Assembly (NCBI GenBank): GCA_032128375.1
Contig: JAQBGU010000237.1
Span: forward strand, 1-45,071
DNA from: Deltaproteobacteria bacterium
GTDB lineage: Bacteria; Myxococcota_A; UBA9160; SMWR01
Direction: 5' to 3'
Length of the DNA stretch: 45,071 nt
The notes under the pieces are model-generated. The model did not search any database and was not told where the DNA came from. It saw nothing but the letters and a program-made list of their open reading frames with translations. Of this stretch, positions 9,971 through 17,926 are shown one piece after another. Numbering within the stretch: the first letter of the stretch is position 1; every line of letters starts with the position of its first letter. The position numbers and the translations under genes are program-made.

Positions 9971-10744
9971 ATGCAGATTCAGGCCAGGTACATCGGCGGT
10001 GTGATCGCCGCAGTGGCCGCCGTCGTCGCGCTGTTGGCCCTCGCGTGTGGCGAGGACGAGAAGCGTTTCGTCACCGTCGGGCCCCTGACGCTTGGGGAGG
10101 TCTGGCCTGGCCCTGAAGAGAAGCTCTATTCGCAGGGCAACGAGGAAGTCATCATTCGAGAGTTACTGAACGATCAGAAGAACGGCGTCTTCTTGGATGT
10201 GGGTAGTTCGACGCCGATCGAAAACAGCACGACCTATTACCTGGAAAAGCATCTGGGCTGGTCGGGCATCAGCATCGACGCGCTGCCGGAGCATGCCCCG
10301 GCATACGAGAAAGAACGTCCCAACACGAAGTTCTTCAGTTACATCGTCACCGACCATTCCGACTCGACCGAAGACTTCTATCGCGTCGAGGGGTTCACAG
10401 GGCTGTCATCGACGGACAAAGATCGCAAGATGATCAAAAACCTGCAGAAGGAAAAGCTCGAGTTGCCGACGATCACGCTGGACGACCTGTTGGAGCAAAA
10501 CGGCGTGACGTCGATCGACTTCATGTCGGTCGACATCGAAGGCGGCGCGGAGAAGGCGCTGGCCGCGTTCGACATCGACAAATTTCAGCCGAAGCTCGTC
10601 TGCATCGAGGCGCCTGGGCTGGAAGAGTTCATCGAGAAATATTTTGCGGAGCACGACTACGTGCGGATCGAGAAGTACCAGAGATACGACCATGTGAACT
10701 GGTACTACGTGCCTGCGAGCGACGCGCGAAACGCCGCCAACTAA
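9971..10744 (+). CDS. FkbM-family (Methyltransf_21-like) SAM-dependent methyltransferase with predicted lipoprotein signal peptide
   Basis: Start re-assigned to ATG 9971 (AGGAG RBS upstream). MQIQARYIGGVIAAVAAVVALLALA-C; YSQGNEE, VFLDVGSS, NSTTYYLEKHLGWSGISID, TITLDDLLE, IDFMSVDIEG, PKLVCIE. Confidence 0.85.
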   Translation: MQIQARYIGGVIAAVAAVVALLALACGEDEKRFVTVGPLTLGEVWPGPEEKLYSQGNEEVIIRELLNDQKNGVFLDVGSSTPIENSTTYYLEKHLGWSGISIDALPEHAPAYEKERPNTKFFSYIVTDHSDSTEDFYRVEGFTGLSSTDKDRKMIKNLQKEKLELPTITLDDLLEQNGVTSIDFMSVDIEGGAEKALAAFDIDKFQPKLVCIEAPGLEEFIEKYFAEHDYVRIEKYQRYDHVNWYYVPASDARNAAN

Positions 10745-10831
10745 CCCGCAGTCCGCGCCTGGACAGAAAGAGCGCGTTCGCCAGCGAACCGGGCACTATT
10801 AGCAATCAGAGCCGGACTCGCAGCCTCTATA

Positions 10832-11617
10832 TCATCGATCGGGTTTGTGCAGTCGGAAACTGATCAGCTGGTTGGCGGCTTCGCGCTTCTTCTGTTCGCA
10901 AACCAACCCGGCCTCTTCAACCCAGCCGGATACTTCATCGAAGGTGTGAAACGTACAGTTGGGAGTCGTGAACTGGTCGTGAAAGAGATTCCACGAGATC
11001 TCGATCGGAATCCCCACCGGTTTGCGCAACGCCACCGCCATCAACAAGAGCGTGGCAAGATGGAAGAACGGAAAGATCGTGATCTTGAGTCCAGCATCTC
11101 CAATCCAGTCGCGCAGGCGGCGCACGACCGGGCTGCCGAACTTGTAGACCGGGTAGTACCAACTGTGTCGGTCATAGACCGATACGATCAACTCGCCGCC
11201 TGGTTTCGTGATCCGGGCGAGTTCGTCGAATGAAGCCCGTGCATCAGGCGTGATCATGATGACGCCGTTCGAGATTACGAGGTCAGCAACGTCGCTTCGG
11301 ATGGGAAGTCTCATGTTATCGCCGTTGATGACGGGTGACGGATTGTGGGATTTGGCGGAACGCAGTGTTTGAAGTGAGATGTCTACGCTGAAGGTGTTGC
11401 CCTTGCCGGCCTCCCGGACCATGTACGCGACGCGACAGGCGCCACACCCGACATCGATGACCATTGCGCCGGCGTCTGGAAGTCCGACGATCGCGGCGCC
11501 CATCAATCGATTCTCCATCTTCTCGTCGACGATGGCGCGCTGATCGAATCGGAACGGGTATTTGTCGTAGTGGGCCTGCGTCTGGTCTCGCTTGTCTCGA
11601 ATCGCGCTGCTACTCAT
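10832..11617 (-). CDS. Class I SAM-dependent methyltransferase (paralog A)
   Basis: 261 aa. VIDVGCG, VDIS, GDNMRLP, DLVISNGV, ELARITKPGG; internal hydrophobic segment IFPFFHLATLLLMAVAL. Confidence 0.88.
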   Translation of the reverse strand: MSSSAIRDKRDQTQAHYDKYPFRFDQRAIVDEKMENRLMGAAIVGLPDAGAMVIDVGCGACRVAYMVREAGKGNTFSVDISLQTLRSAKSHNPSPVINGDNMRLPIRSDVADLVISNGVIMITPDARASFDELARITKPGGELIVSVYDRHSWYYPVYKFGSPVVRRLRDWIGDAGLKITIFPFFHLATLLLMAVALRKPVGIPIEISWNLFHDQFTTPNCTFHTFDEVSGWVEEAGLVCEQKKREAANQLISFRLHKPDR

Positions 11618-11825
11618 TCTTCATGCCCTGTGTGCGCCAGCCAGATGTTTGCCGAGCGCATGGTAGAGGAATTGCCGACGTTCGAAAGCTTCATTGCGCC
11701 CGGCACGAGCCGAGCTAAAGGGCCAGCGTGATTGGGTGGGTGAACTGTTCGGAGTGGCACCGTCACTACCGCCGTTTCGACACCAACGACTGGTTCTTCC
11801 ACCCGCTGCACAAGAGTGGCCGGAC

Positions 11826-12866
11826 GTGAGCGCTGGTCTTCGACAGTTTGCAGGGCCGCTGGCGGCGGTGGCGTTGGGTGGTGTGCTGTCGGTCGTCCTG
11901 CTGGAGGCCGGGCTTCGCGCAACCGGCCACGAGCCGTGGCGCGATCTGCCGCCACTTGCAGCCGGAGAGCCGGGACTGCACGAACCAGACGATCAGCTTG
12001 GCTGGAGGAACAAAGCAGGCGTGTACGTCTGGGACCGCCGTGTGAACCACCCGCCGATCCACATGACGTTCTGGTCTGGCGGTCGCCGGGCAACCGGGCC
12101 CGCTCCAAAGCCTCAGACGCGCCGTGCCCTGCTGATCGGTGGGTCGTTCACCCAAGGCTGGGCGGTGTCCGATGCCGAGACGCTCGGCTGGCGCTTGCAG
12201 ACGCAATTCTCCCACGTCGAGTTCGCGAACTACGGGACCGCAGGCTACGGGACGACCCAGTCGCTGATGGTCCTCAACAAGGAACTGGCCGCGCGGTCCC
12301 CCGCGCCCGAGCTGGCGATCTATGGCTTCTTGACCGCGCACGACCGCCGCAACGTCGCGCATCCGGCCTGGTTGCGGGGTCTCGCCACGCGTCGGTCAAA
12401 CGACCGAATCGAGCCGCGCGTTCCGTTTGCAGAACTCGACGCGGGCGAGATTCGTCTGCATCCGCCGATCACTTATCCCGACTGGCCACTCAAGCGCATC
12501 TCTGCAGCGAGCGCGTTTCTCGAGTGGCGCTGGTTCGAGCTCCGCTCGCGTTCGCGTACCGAGAACGAGTCGGAGGTCACCCGTGCGCTACTGGTCGAGA
12601 TGGACCGGGCGTCGCGGGCCGCGGGCACCCACTTGCTGGTCGCCATCCTGATGGGTTCGCCGAGCGGATCGGGCCTCGTGCGCAGCATGCGTGAGCAGGG
12701 CATCGATGCTGTCGACTGTACGCATCCGCGGCCGGGCGAAACGGCGGTCCCGGTTTACGGTCACCCGAACGCTCGTGTCAACGCCTACTGGGCTCGATGC
12801 ATCGGCCGACACCTGCGCGAGACTGGACTCCTGTCGAGAGGCCCCGATACGGAGTCGGTATACTGA
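11826..12866 (+). CDS. SGNH/GDSL hydrolase-fold protein, N-terminal TM
   Basis: Start estimated at GTG 11826. LLEAGLRA, PDDQLGW, LIGGSFTQGWAV, ANYGTAGYGTTQ, block V variant VYGHPN. Confidence 0.82.
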   Translation: MSAGLRQFAGPLAAVALGGVLSVVLLEAGLRATGHEPWRDLPPLAAGEPGLHEPDDQLGWRNKAGVYVWDRRVNHPPIHMTFWSGGRRATGPAPKPQTRRALLIGGSFTQGWAVSDAETLGWRLQTQFSHVEFANYGTAGYGTTQSLMVLNKELAARSPAPELAIYGFLTAHDRRNVAHPAWLRGLATRRSNDRIEPRVPFAELDAGEIRLHPPITYPDWPLKRISAASAFLEWRWFELRSRSRTENESEVTRALLVEMDRASRAAGTHLLVAILMGSPSGSGLVRSMREQGIDAVDCTHPRPGETAVPVYGHPNARVNAYWARCIGRHLRETGLLSRGPDTESVY

Positions 12867-12894
12867 AAGGATTCTGGATATTTCAAGGGAATCT

Positions 12895-13950
12895 ATGACT
12901 GCGCCGACGCGCTCAGTGAGCCGCTCCCACATCTCCATCGTCGTGCCGGTCTACAACGAGGAAGCGGTCCTTCCCGAGCTGTGCAAGCGGTTGCAGGCGA
13001 CGTTCGAATCGCTGTCGGGTGACTTCGAGGTCATCTTCGTCGACGACGGATCCTCCGACAACAGCGCTGCGATGATCGAGCAGATGCATGAGGACGACCC
13101 GCGCTTCTGCGCGATCCATCTGTCGCGAAACTTCGGTCACCAGGCCGCGGTGACGGCGGGCCTGGAGTTCGCTCGAGGCGACGTCACCTGCGTGATCGAC
13201 GCGGATCTCCAGGATCCACCAGAAGTCCTGCCTACGCTTCTTCAAGAGTGGGAGAACGGGAGTGACGTCGTCTACGGGGTGCGGCGAAACCGCAAGGAGA
13301 GCCGGCTCAAGGTGCAACTCTACCGCTTCTTCTATCGGCTTCTCAGCAGCCTATCGGCCATTCCGATGCCGCTGGACTCGGGCGACTTCTGCGTGATTTC
13401 GCGGGAAGTTCTGGACGAGTTGAACCGCCTGCCCGAGAAAGAACGGTTCGTGCGGGGCTTGCGTGCCTGGGTCGGCTTTCGCCAGGTCGGCGTCGCCTAC
13501 GACCGCGATTCGCGGCGCGCCGGCGAGTCGAAGTACGGCTTCCTCGCGCTGGTCAGGCTGGCAGTCAACGGCATCGTGTCATTCAGCGACAAGCCGCTCA
13601 TCTACGTGATGTTATTCGGTGGCGTGATTTCGGCCTTCTCCTTCCTGTACGGCTCAACCCTGGTCGTCTACCGGGTGCTATTCGGGGGGGTCATTACGGG
13701 CTATGCCTCGATGATGGGCGGTCTGCTGTTTCTGAGCGGTGTGCAATTGCTCTCGCTCGGATTGGTGGGCATCTACATCAGCAAGATCTTCCAGGAAGTG
13801 AAGGCGCGGCCGACTTACGTAGTCGGCTCGCTACGCGGGCTGAAGCGGCCTGCGGTAGAGGCTTCACCGACCTCGAGCGACGCGCTGTCCTCGGCGACTC
13901 GATCCGGCGAGGGAGAACACCGGATCCGATTGAACACCCATGACACGTGA
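12895..13950 (+). CDS. GT2 polyprenol-phosphate glycosyltransferase (GtrB/ArnC/DPM-synthase-like)
   Basis: Start re-assigned to ATG 12895. ISIVVPVYNEE, FVDDGSSD, LSRNFGHQAAVTAG, IDADLQDPP, SGDF, RFVRGLRAWVGF, RRAGESKY, two C-terminal TMs, GIYISKIFQEVKARPTY. Confidence 0.93.
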   Translation: MTAPTRSVSRSHISIVVPVYNEEAVLPELCKRLQATFESLSGDFEVIFVDDGSSDNSAAMIEQMHEDDPRFCAIHLSRNFGHQAAVTAGLEFARGDVTCVIDADLQDPPEVLPTLLQEWENGSDVVYGVRRNRKESRLKVQLYRFFYRLLSSLSAIPMPLDSGDFCVISREVLDELNRLPEKERFVRGLRAWVGFRQVGVAYDRDSRRAGESKYGFLALVRLAVNGIVSFSDKPLIYVMLFGGVISAFSFLYGSTLVVYRVLFGGVITGYASMMGGLLFLSGVQLLSLGLVGIYISKIFQEVKARPTYVVGSLRGLKRPAVEASPTSSDALSSATRSGEGEHRIRLNTHDT

Positions 13951-14758
13951 GCGAGTCAGCGTCGACGCCCTCAGGCGGAAAACTCGGCAACACTACGATC
14001 GCTTCCAATTCGGCTTCGATCAGGAAGAGATCCTTCAAGAGAAGTTCGACAACCGGATGATGGGCGAGGCGATTCGCGAACTCGCCAAACCGGGGGCGCT
14101 CGTGGTCGACGTCGGCTGCGGTGCGTGTCGGGTGGCACGATTGGTGCGCCGCCACACCCGCGCAGATACCCTCAGCGTCGACCTCTCCGTGAAGTCGCTC
14201 CATTGCGCACGAGGGATGGATTCCGGCCCACTGGTCGCCGGCGACAACATGCACCTCCCGATCGCGAGCGACAGGGCTGATCTCATCATCTCGAACGGAG
14301 TGATCCATCACACGCCCGACTCGCGTTCGTCCTTCTTCGAACTCGCGCGAATCCTCAAGCCCGGTGGCACGCTGGTGGTATCGGTCTACGATCGCAACGG
14401 TTGGTATTATTGGGTCTGGCGCTACCCGGGCGCTCTGATTCGCAGCCTGCGCGGGCTCGTGGGAGACGTCGCACTCAAGTACAGCATCTTTCCCTTCTTT
14501 CACATCGGCGTCCTCGCGCTGCTTTCATGGCAAACACGTCGGCTGTTTTCGCTGCCCGTCGAGACCTCTTGGAACCTCTTTCACGATCAGTTCACCACGC
14601 CCCAATGTGAGTTCCACACCTTTGACGAGGTCGCGGGATGGGGAACGGAAATCGGCCTCCAATGGCTGGAGCAGCGGCGCGAGGCCGCCAATCAGTTGGC
14701 GACGTTGCGCTTTCGCCGCCCGCTGGAACCTGCGCCCAATCAGACGAGCGCAACATGA
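13940..14758 (+). CDS. Class I SAM-dependent methyltransferase (paralog B)
   Basis: 272 aa. VVDVGCG, VDLS, GDNMHLP, IISNGVIHHTPD, ELARILKPGG. Overlaps the GT2 stop and has an ATGA overlap with the next gene. Confidence 0.88.
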   Translation: MTRERVSVDALRRKTRQHYDRFQFGFDQEEILQEKFDNRMMGEAIRELAKPGALVVDVGCGACRVARLVRRHTRADTLSVDLSVKSLHCARGMDSGPLVAGDNMHLPIASDRADLIISNGVIHHTPDSRSSFFELARILKPGGTLVVSVYDRNGWYYWVWRYPGALIRSLRGLVGDVALKYSIFPFFHIGVLALLSWQTRRLFSLPVETSWNLFHDQFTTPQCEFHTFDEVAGWGTEIGLQWLEQRREAANQLATLRFRRPLEPAPNQTSAT

Positions 14759-16494
14759 GAGTTCTGGGAATCGGTGATGGCTTCGGTGCGGGCGCGGCCT
14801 TCGTCGAAAACGGAGTCGTCGTGTACGCGATCAGCGAGGAAAGGCTGTCGCGCATCAAGAACCACTCTGGCTACTACCACGGTTTTCCCGATCGCAGCAT
14901 CCGCGCCGGACTCGGTTTCTGCGGCTGGGACCCGCAGAGCATCGATAGGCTCGCGATCACGAACTTCGCGTTTCCGCCGCTACCGCTTCGCTTGCTCGCC
15001 TTGGGGCGCTCGCGTCCTGTGGGCGATCGCGAGCTCCTCGATCGCCACGAGTTCAGCCAGACCATCAGCAGCGGGTTGTACAGCCTTTTTTCCGAGCGCG
15101 AACCGGAATCGGTGCTCGGCAAGGCGTCGATCTCGATTTACCGCCGGGCTTTGGCCAGAAAACTCGAAGGTCAGTTCGGTCTACGCGCGCCCATCGTCTT
15201 CGTCGATCATCACCGCTGTCATGCAGCATCGGCGTACTTCACACAGCCCGAAGACGACTGCATGGTGGTCACGATGGACTGCCACGGCGATGGATTGTCT
15301 GGATCGGTGAGCATCGCGCAAGCTGGCCGGCTCGAACGGGTGGGCAGCTTTCCGGCCGCTGGTTCACTCGGCTCGTTTTACGCCGCAATTACCAACTACC
15401 TCGGCTTCCAACATCATCGACACGAGGGGAAGGTGACGGGGTTGGCTGCATTCGGGGACCCCGAAGTCGCGGATGCCGACGTGCGAAGAATGATCCACTA
15501 CGACACCGACAAGAGGCAGATCATCAGCCAGCTGGGCCGCAACCAGTTCAACGCGATCGCAAACATCGGCTCATTCTTCGGTCGGGACTACAGTCGCGAG
15601 GAGATCGCGGCCGCTGCCCAACGGCACTTCGAGCGCATCGTACTGGGAATCGTGCGCGACTACCTGGGCGACACCGGCAAGCGAAAACTGCTACTGGCGG
15701 GGGGTCTGTTCGGCAATGTGAAACTCAACCAGCGCCTCAACGAGCTGGACGAACTCGATTACCTCTTCGTGCATCCCGCCATGGGCGATGAAGGGCTCCC
15801 GGTCGGCGCCGCGCTGGCCCTGTCGGCCGCAAAAGGTCGCTACCGATTGGCCGAGATCGACAACTGCTTCTGGGGTGACAGCTTCGATGACGCGGATGTC
15901 GAAAAGGCCCTCGCGTCAGAGGATTTTCATTGCGAGCGGCCTCCTGAGATCGAGCTTCGAGTCGCTCAGCTCCTCGCTGAAAAGAAGATCGTGGCGCGCT
16001 GCGCCGGGCGCATGGAGTTCGGTCCACGGGCGCTCGGCAACCGCAGCATTCTTTTTCACGCCGGCGATGCCACTGCCAATGACTGGCTCAACAAGGCACT
16101 CCAGCGCACCGAGTTCATGCCCTTCGCGCCGTCGATCCTGGCCCATCGCGCCGCCACGAGCTTCGAGGCGACCGAGTCAGCCGCCTACTCGGCCGCGTTC
16201 ATGACCGTCTGCTTCGACTGCAAACCGGAGTTCAAGAAGAACTGCCCCACAGTGGTGCACGTTGATGGCACCGCACGCCCGCAATTCGTAAACAGTACGG
16301 GGCATCCGGGCTTTTTCAAGATTCTGACTGAGTACGAGAAACTGACGGGCTTCCCGGCCGTGGTGAACACCAGCTTCAACATTCACGAGGAGCCCATCGT
16401 GTGCACACCGGCTGACGCGTTGCGGGCGTTTTCGACCGCAAGGCTCGACTACCTGGCCCTGGGTAACTATCTGGTGTCCCGGCGAGTGCTGTAA
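14755..16494 (+). CDS. Carbamoyltransferase, NodU/CmcH/TobZ family
   Basis: Start re-assigned to ATG 14755 (ATGA overlap). EERLSRIK, DHHRCHAASA, TMDCHGD, EGKVTGLAAFG, AGGLFGNVKLN, HPAMGDEG, GRMEFGPRALGNRS, MPFAPS, VHVDGTARPQ, NTSFNIHEEPIV. Confidence 0.93.
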   Translation: MRVLGIGDGFGAGAAFVENGVVVYAISEERLSRIKNHSGYYHGFPDRSIRAGLGFCGWDPQSIDRLAITNFAFPPLPLRLLALGRSRPVGDRELLDRHEFSQTISSGLYSLFSEREPESVLGKASISIYRRALARKLEGQFGLRAPIVFVDHHRCHAASAYFTQPEDDCMVVTMDCHGDGLSGSVSIAQAGRLERVGSFPAAGSLGSFYAAITNYLGFQHHRHEGKVTGLAAFGDPEVADADVRRMIHYDTDKRQIISQLGRNQFNAIANIGSFFGRDYSREEIAAAAQRHFERIVLGIVRDYLGDTGKRKLLLAGGLFGNVKLNQRLNELDELDYLFVHPAMGDEGLPVGAALALSAAKGRYRLAEIDNCFWGDSFDDADVEKALASEDFHCERPPEIELRVAQLLAEKKIVARCAGRMEFGPRALGNRSILFHAGDATANDWLNKALQRTEFMPFAPSILAHRAATSFEATESAAYSAAFMTVCFDCKPEFKKNCPTVVHVDGTARPQFVNSTGHPGFFKILTEYEKLTGFPAVVNTSFNIHEEPIVCTPADALRAFSTARLDYLALGNYLVSRRVL

Positions 16495-16540
16495 ATCGGT
16501 TCGTGACGCAACCCTTCGCTCTGGGAAGGTGACTCAGCTG

Positions 16541-17926
16541 CTACCGGAATCGCCTCCAAGCATCGGAGCGCGCTTCCTTTCGCGGTAGGCTCGCCGAGAC
16601 CCGCTTGCGCCAATTCGCGATTCTTTTGCGAAACCATTTCGCGTTGGTCCCTGTACTGGCAACGTTCCGAAGCTCATCCGGGTCGAGGCTGTGATCGTAG
16701 ATCTCTTCGCGATCGGAGTCTGGATACCAAATGTAGTGTTGAGTAGCGGTGCGGACGAAGTACGCGCGCCGCAGCTGTGCGTCGCCGTCCCCGGGCCAGG
16801 CGGCCTTCGAGGCCTGGTGGCCGACAATCTCAGGCCGCGAGACGCTGCGTTGGTCGTGTATGCCGGGACGCAGACTCCGGCCTGGCCGCCCCACTGGCGA
16901 TTCGAGTCCTGCGTAGTCGAGAAGGGTTGGAAGGAGGTCCAGCGTCGAGACAAGATCGTTGCGCACCTTCCCGCCCGGCACCCGCCCCGGCCAGTTGAAG
17001 ACGATCGGGGTGCGAAAGCCAAAATCCTTCATCGAGCCCTTCCCACCGGCTCCCCCCGTTCCAGCGGGTGTGGGCTGAATCTCTTCGTGAGGGTCGTTCT
17101 TCCAACCGTTGTCCGACACATAGACGATCAGCGTACGAGACCTCAGCTGGAGCCTTCCAAGGGCTGCGACGAGCTCACCGACAGCGTCGTCGAGTCGTGA
17201 CACATTGGCATAGTAGAGTTCGGCCGAACGGCTGAGTCCCAGGCCTGCGTAGTGGCTTCGGACATATTCGTTACTGGCATCCATCGGGGCGTGCGGCAGC
17301 AGTGGCGCGAACCAGAGTAGAAAGGGTTCACCTTCGGCCCGAGCCAGGAAATCGAGCACGGGCTTCATCGTGATACGTCCGATCTCGAGTCCGTCATGCC
17401 CGCCCGCCATACTGATCAAGTCCTGCTCATCGATCTTCGGTCCCTTGCTACCCTCCGAGAAACCGGCGTCGCGAAAGCTCCCCTCCCAATGCTTGCCCGC
17501 CTGGAAGCTTCGGTAACCACGCAGTGACAGCAGTGACGGGAGCGTTCGGAAGTTGCGAACCTCTGGCGTGCCGGGTTTTACGCCGCCGGACTTCTGAATC
17601 TGTTGCACCCGTAGTTGCCACTGGAGTGGGTCGAGGCCTGTCAGCAGCGAGCGCAGTGACGGGCGGCACAGGCTCGAGGTGTTGTAACCAGTGGTGAACA
17701 CCGTCCCTTCGCGCGCGAGCTTGTCGAGATGAGGGGTCTTCACGATTGCGCTGCCCATGAAGCCAGAGTACGGGTAGCCGTGATCGTCGCCGATGATGAG
17801 CACGAGGTTCGGGCGCTCATCGCCCGACGGAAAAACGAAATAGGCGGAGATCGCCCAAACGAGCAACACCGCGAGTCCCACACTGACCAGCGCCAGCGAG
17901 AAAGCCCTGTTCTGCCGCAACTTCAC
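16541..17926 (-). CDS. Sulfatase-family protein with N-terminal membrane anchor
   Basis: Start re-assigned to GTG 17926 (GTGA overlap with the upstream stop). RPNLVLIIGDDHG, TPHLDKLAREG, SLCRPSLRSLLTG, GKHW, PHAP, VSDNG, KGS, DLLPT, YDHSLDPDELRN. Confidence 0.88.
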   Translation of the reverse strand: MKLRQNRAFSLALVSVGLAVLLVWAISAYFVFPSGDERPNLVLIIGDDHGYPYSGFMGSAIVKTPHLDKLAREGTVFTTGYNTSSLCRPSLRSLLTGLDPLQWQLRVQQIQKSGGVKPGTPEVRNFRTLPSLLSLRGYRSFQAGKHWEGSFRDAGFSEGSKGPKIDEQDLISMAGGHDGLEIGRITMKPVLDFLARAEGEPFLLWFAPLLPHAPMDASNEYVRSHYAGLGLSRSAELYYANVSRLDDAVGELVAALGRLQLRSRTLIVYVSDNGWKNDPHEEIQPTPAGTGGAGGKGSMKDFGFRTPIVFNWPGRVPGGKVRNDLVSTLDLLPTLLDYAGLESPVGRPGRSLRPGIHDQRSVSRPEIVGHQASKAAWPGDGDAQLRRAYFVRTATQHYIWYPDSDREEIYDHSLDPDELRNVASTGTNAKWFRKRIANWRKRVSASLPRKEARSDAWRRFR

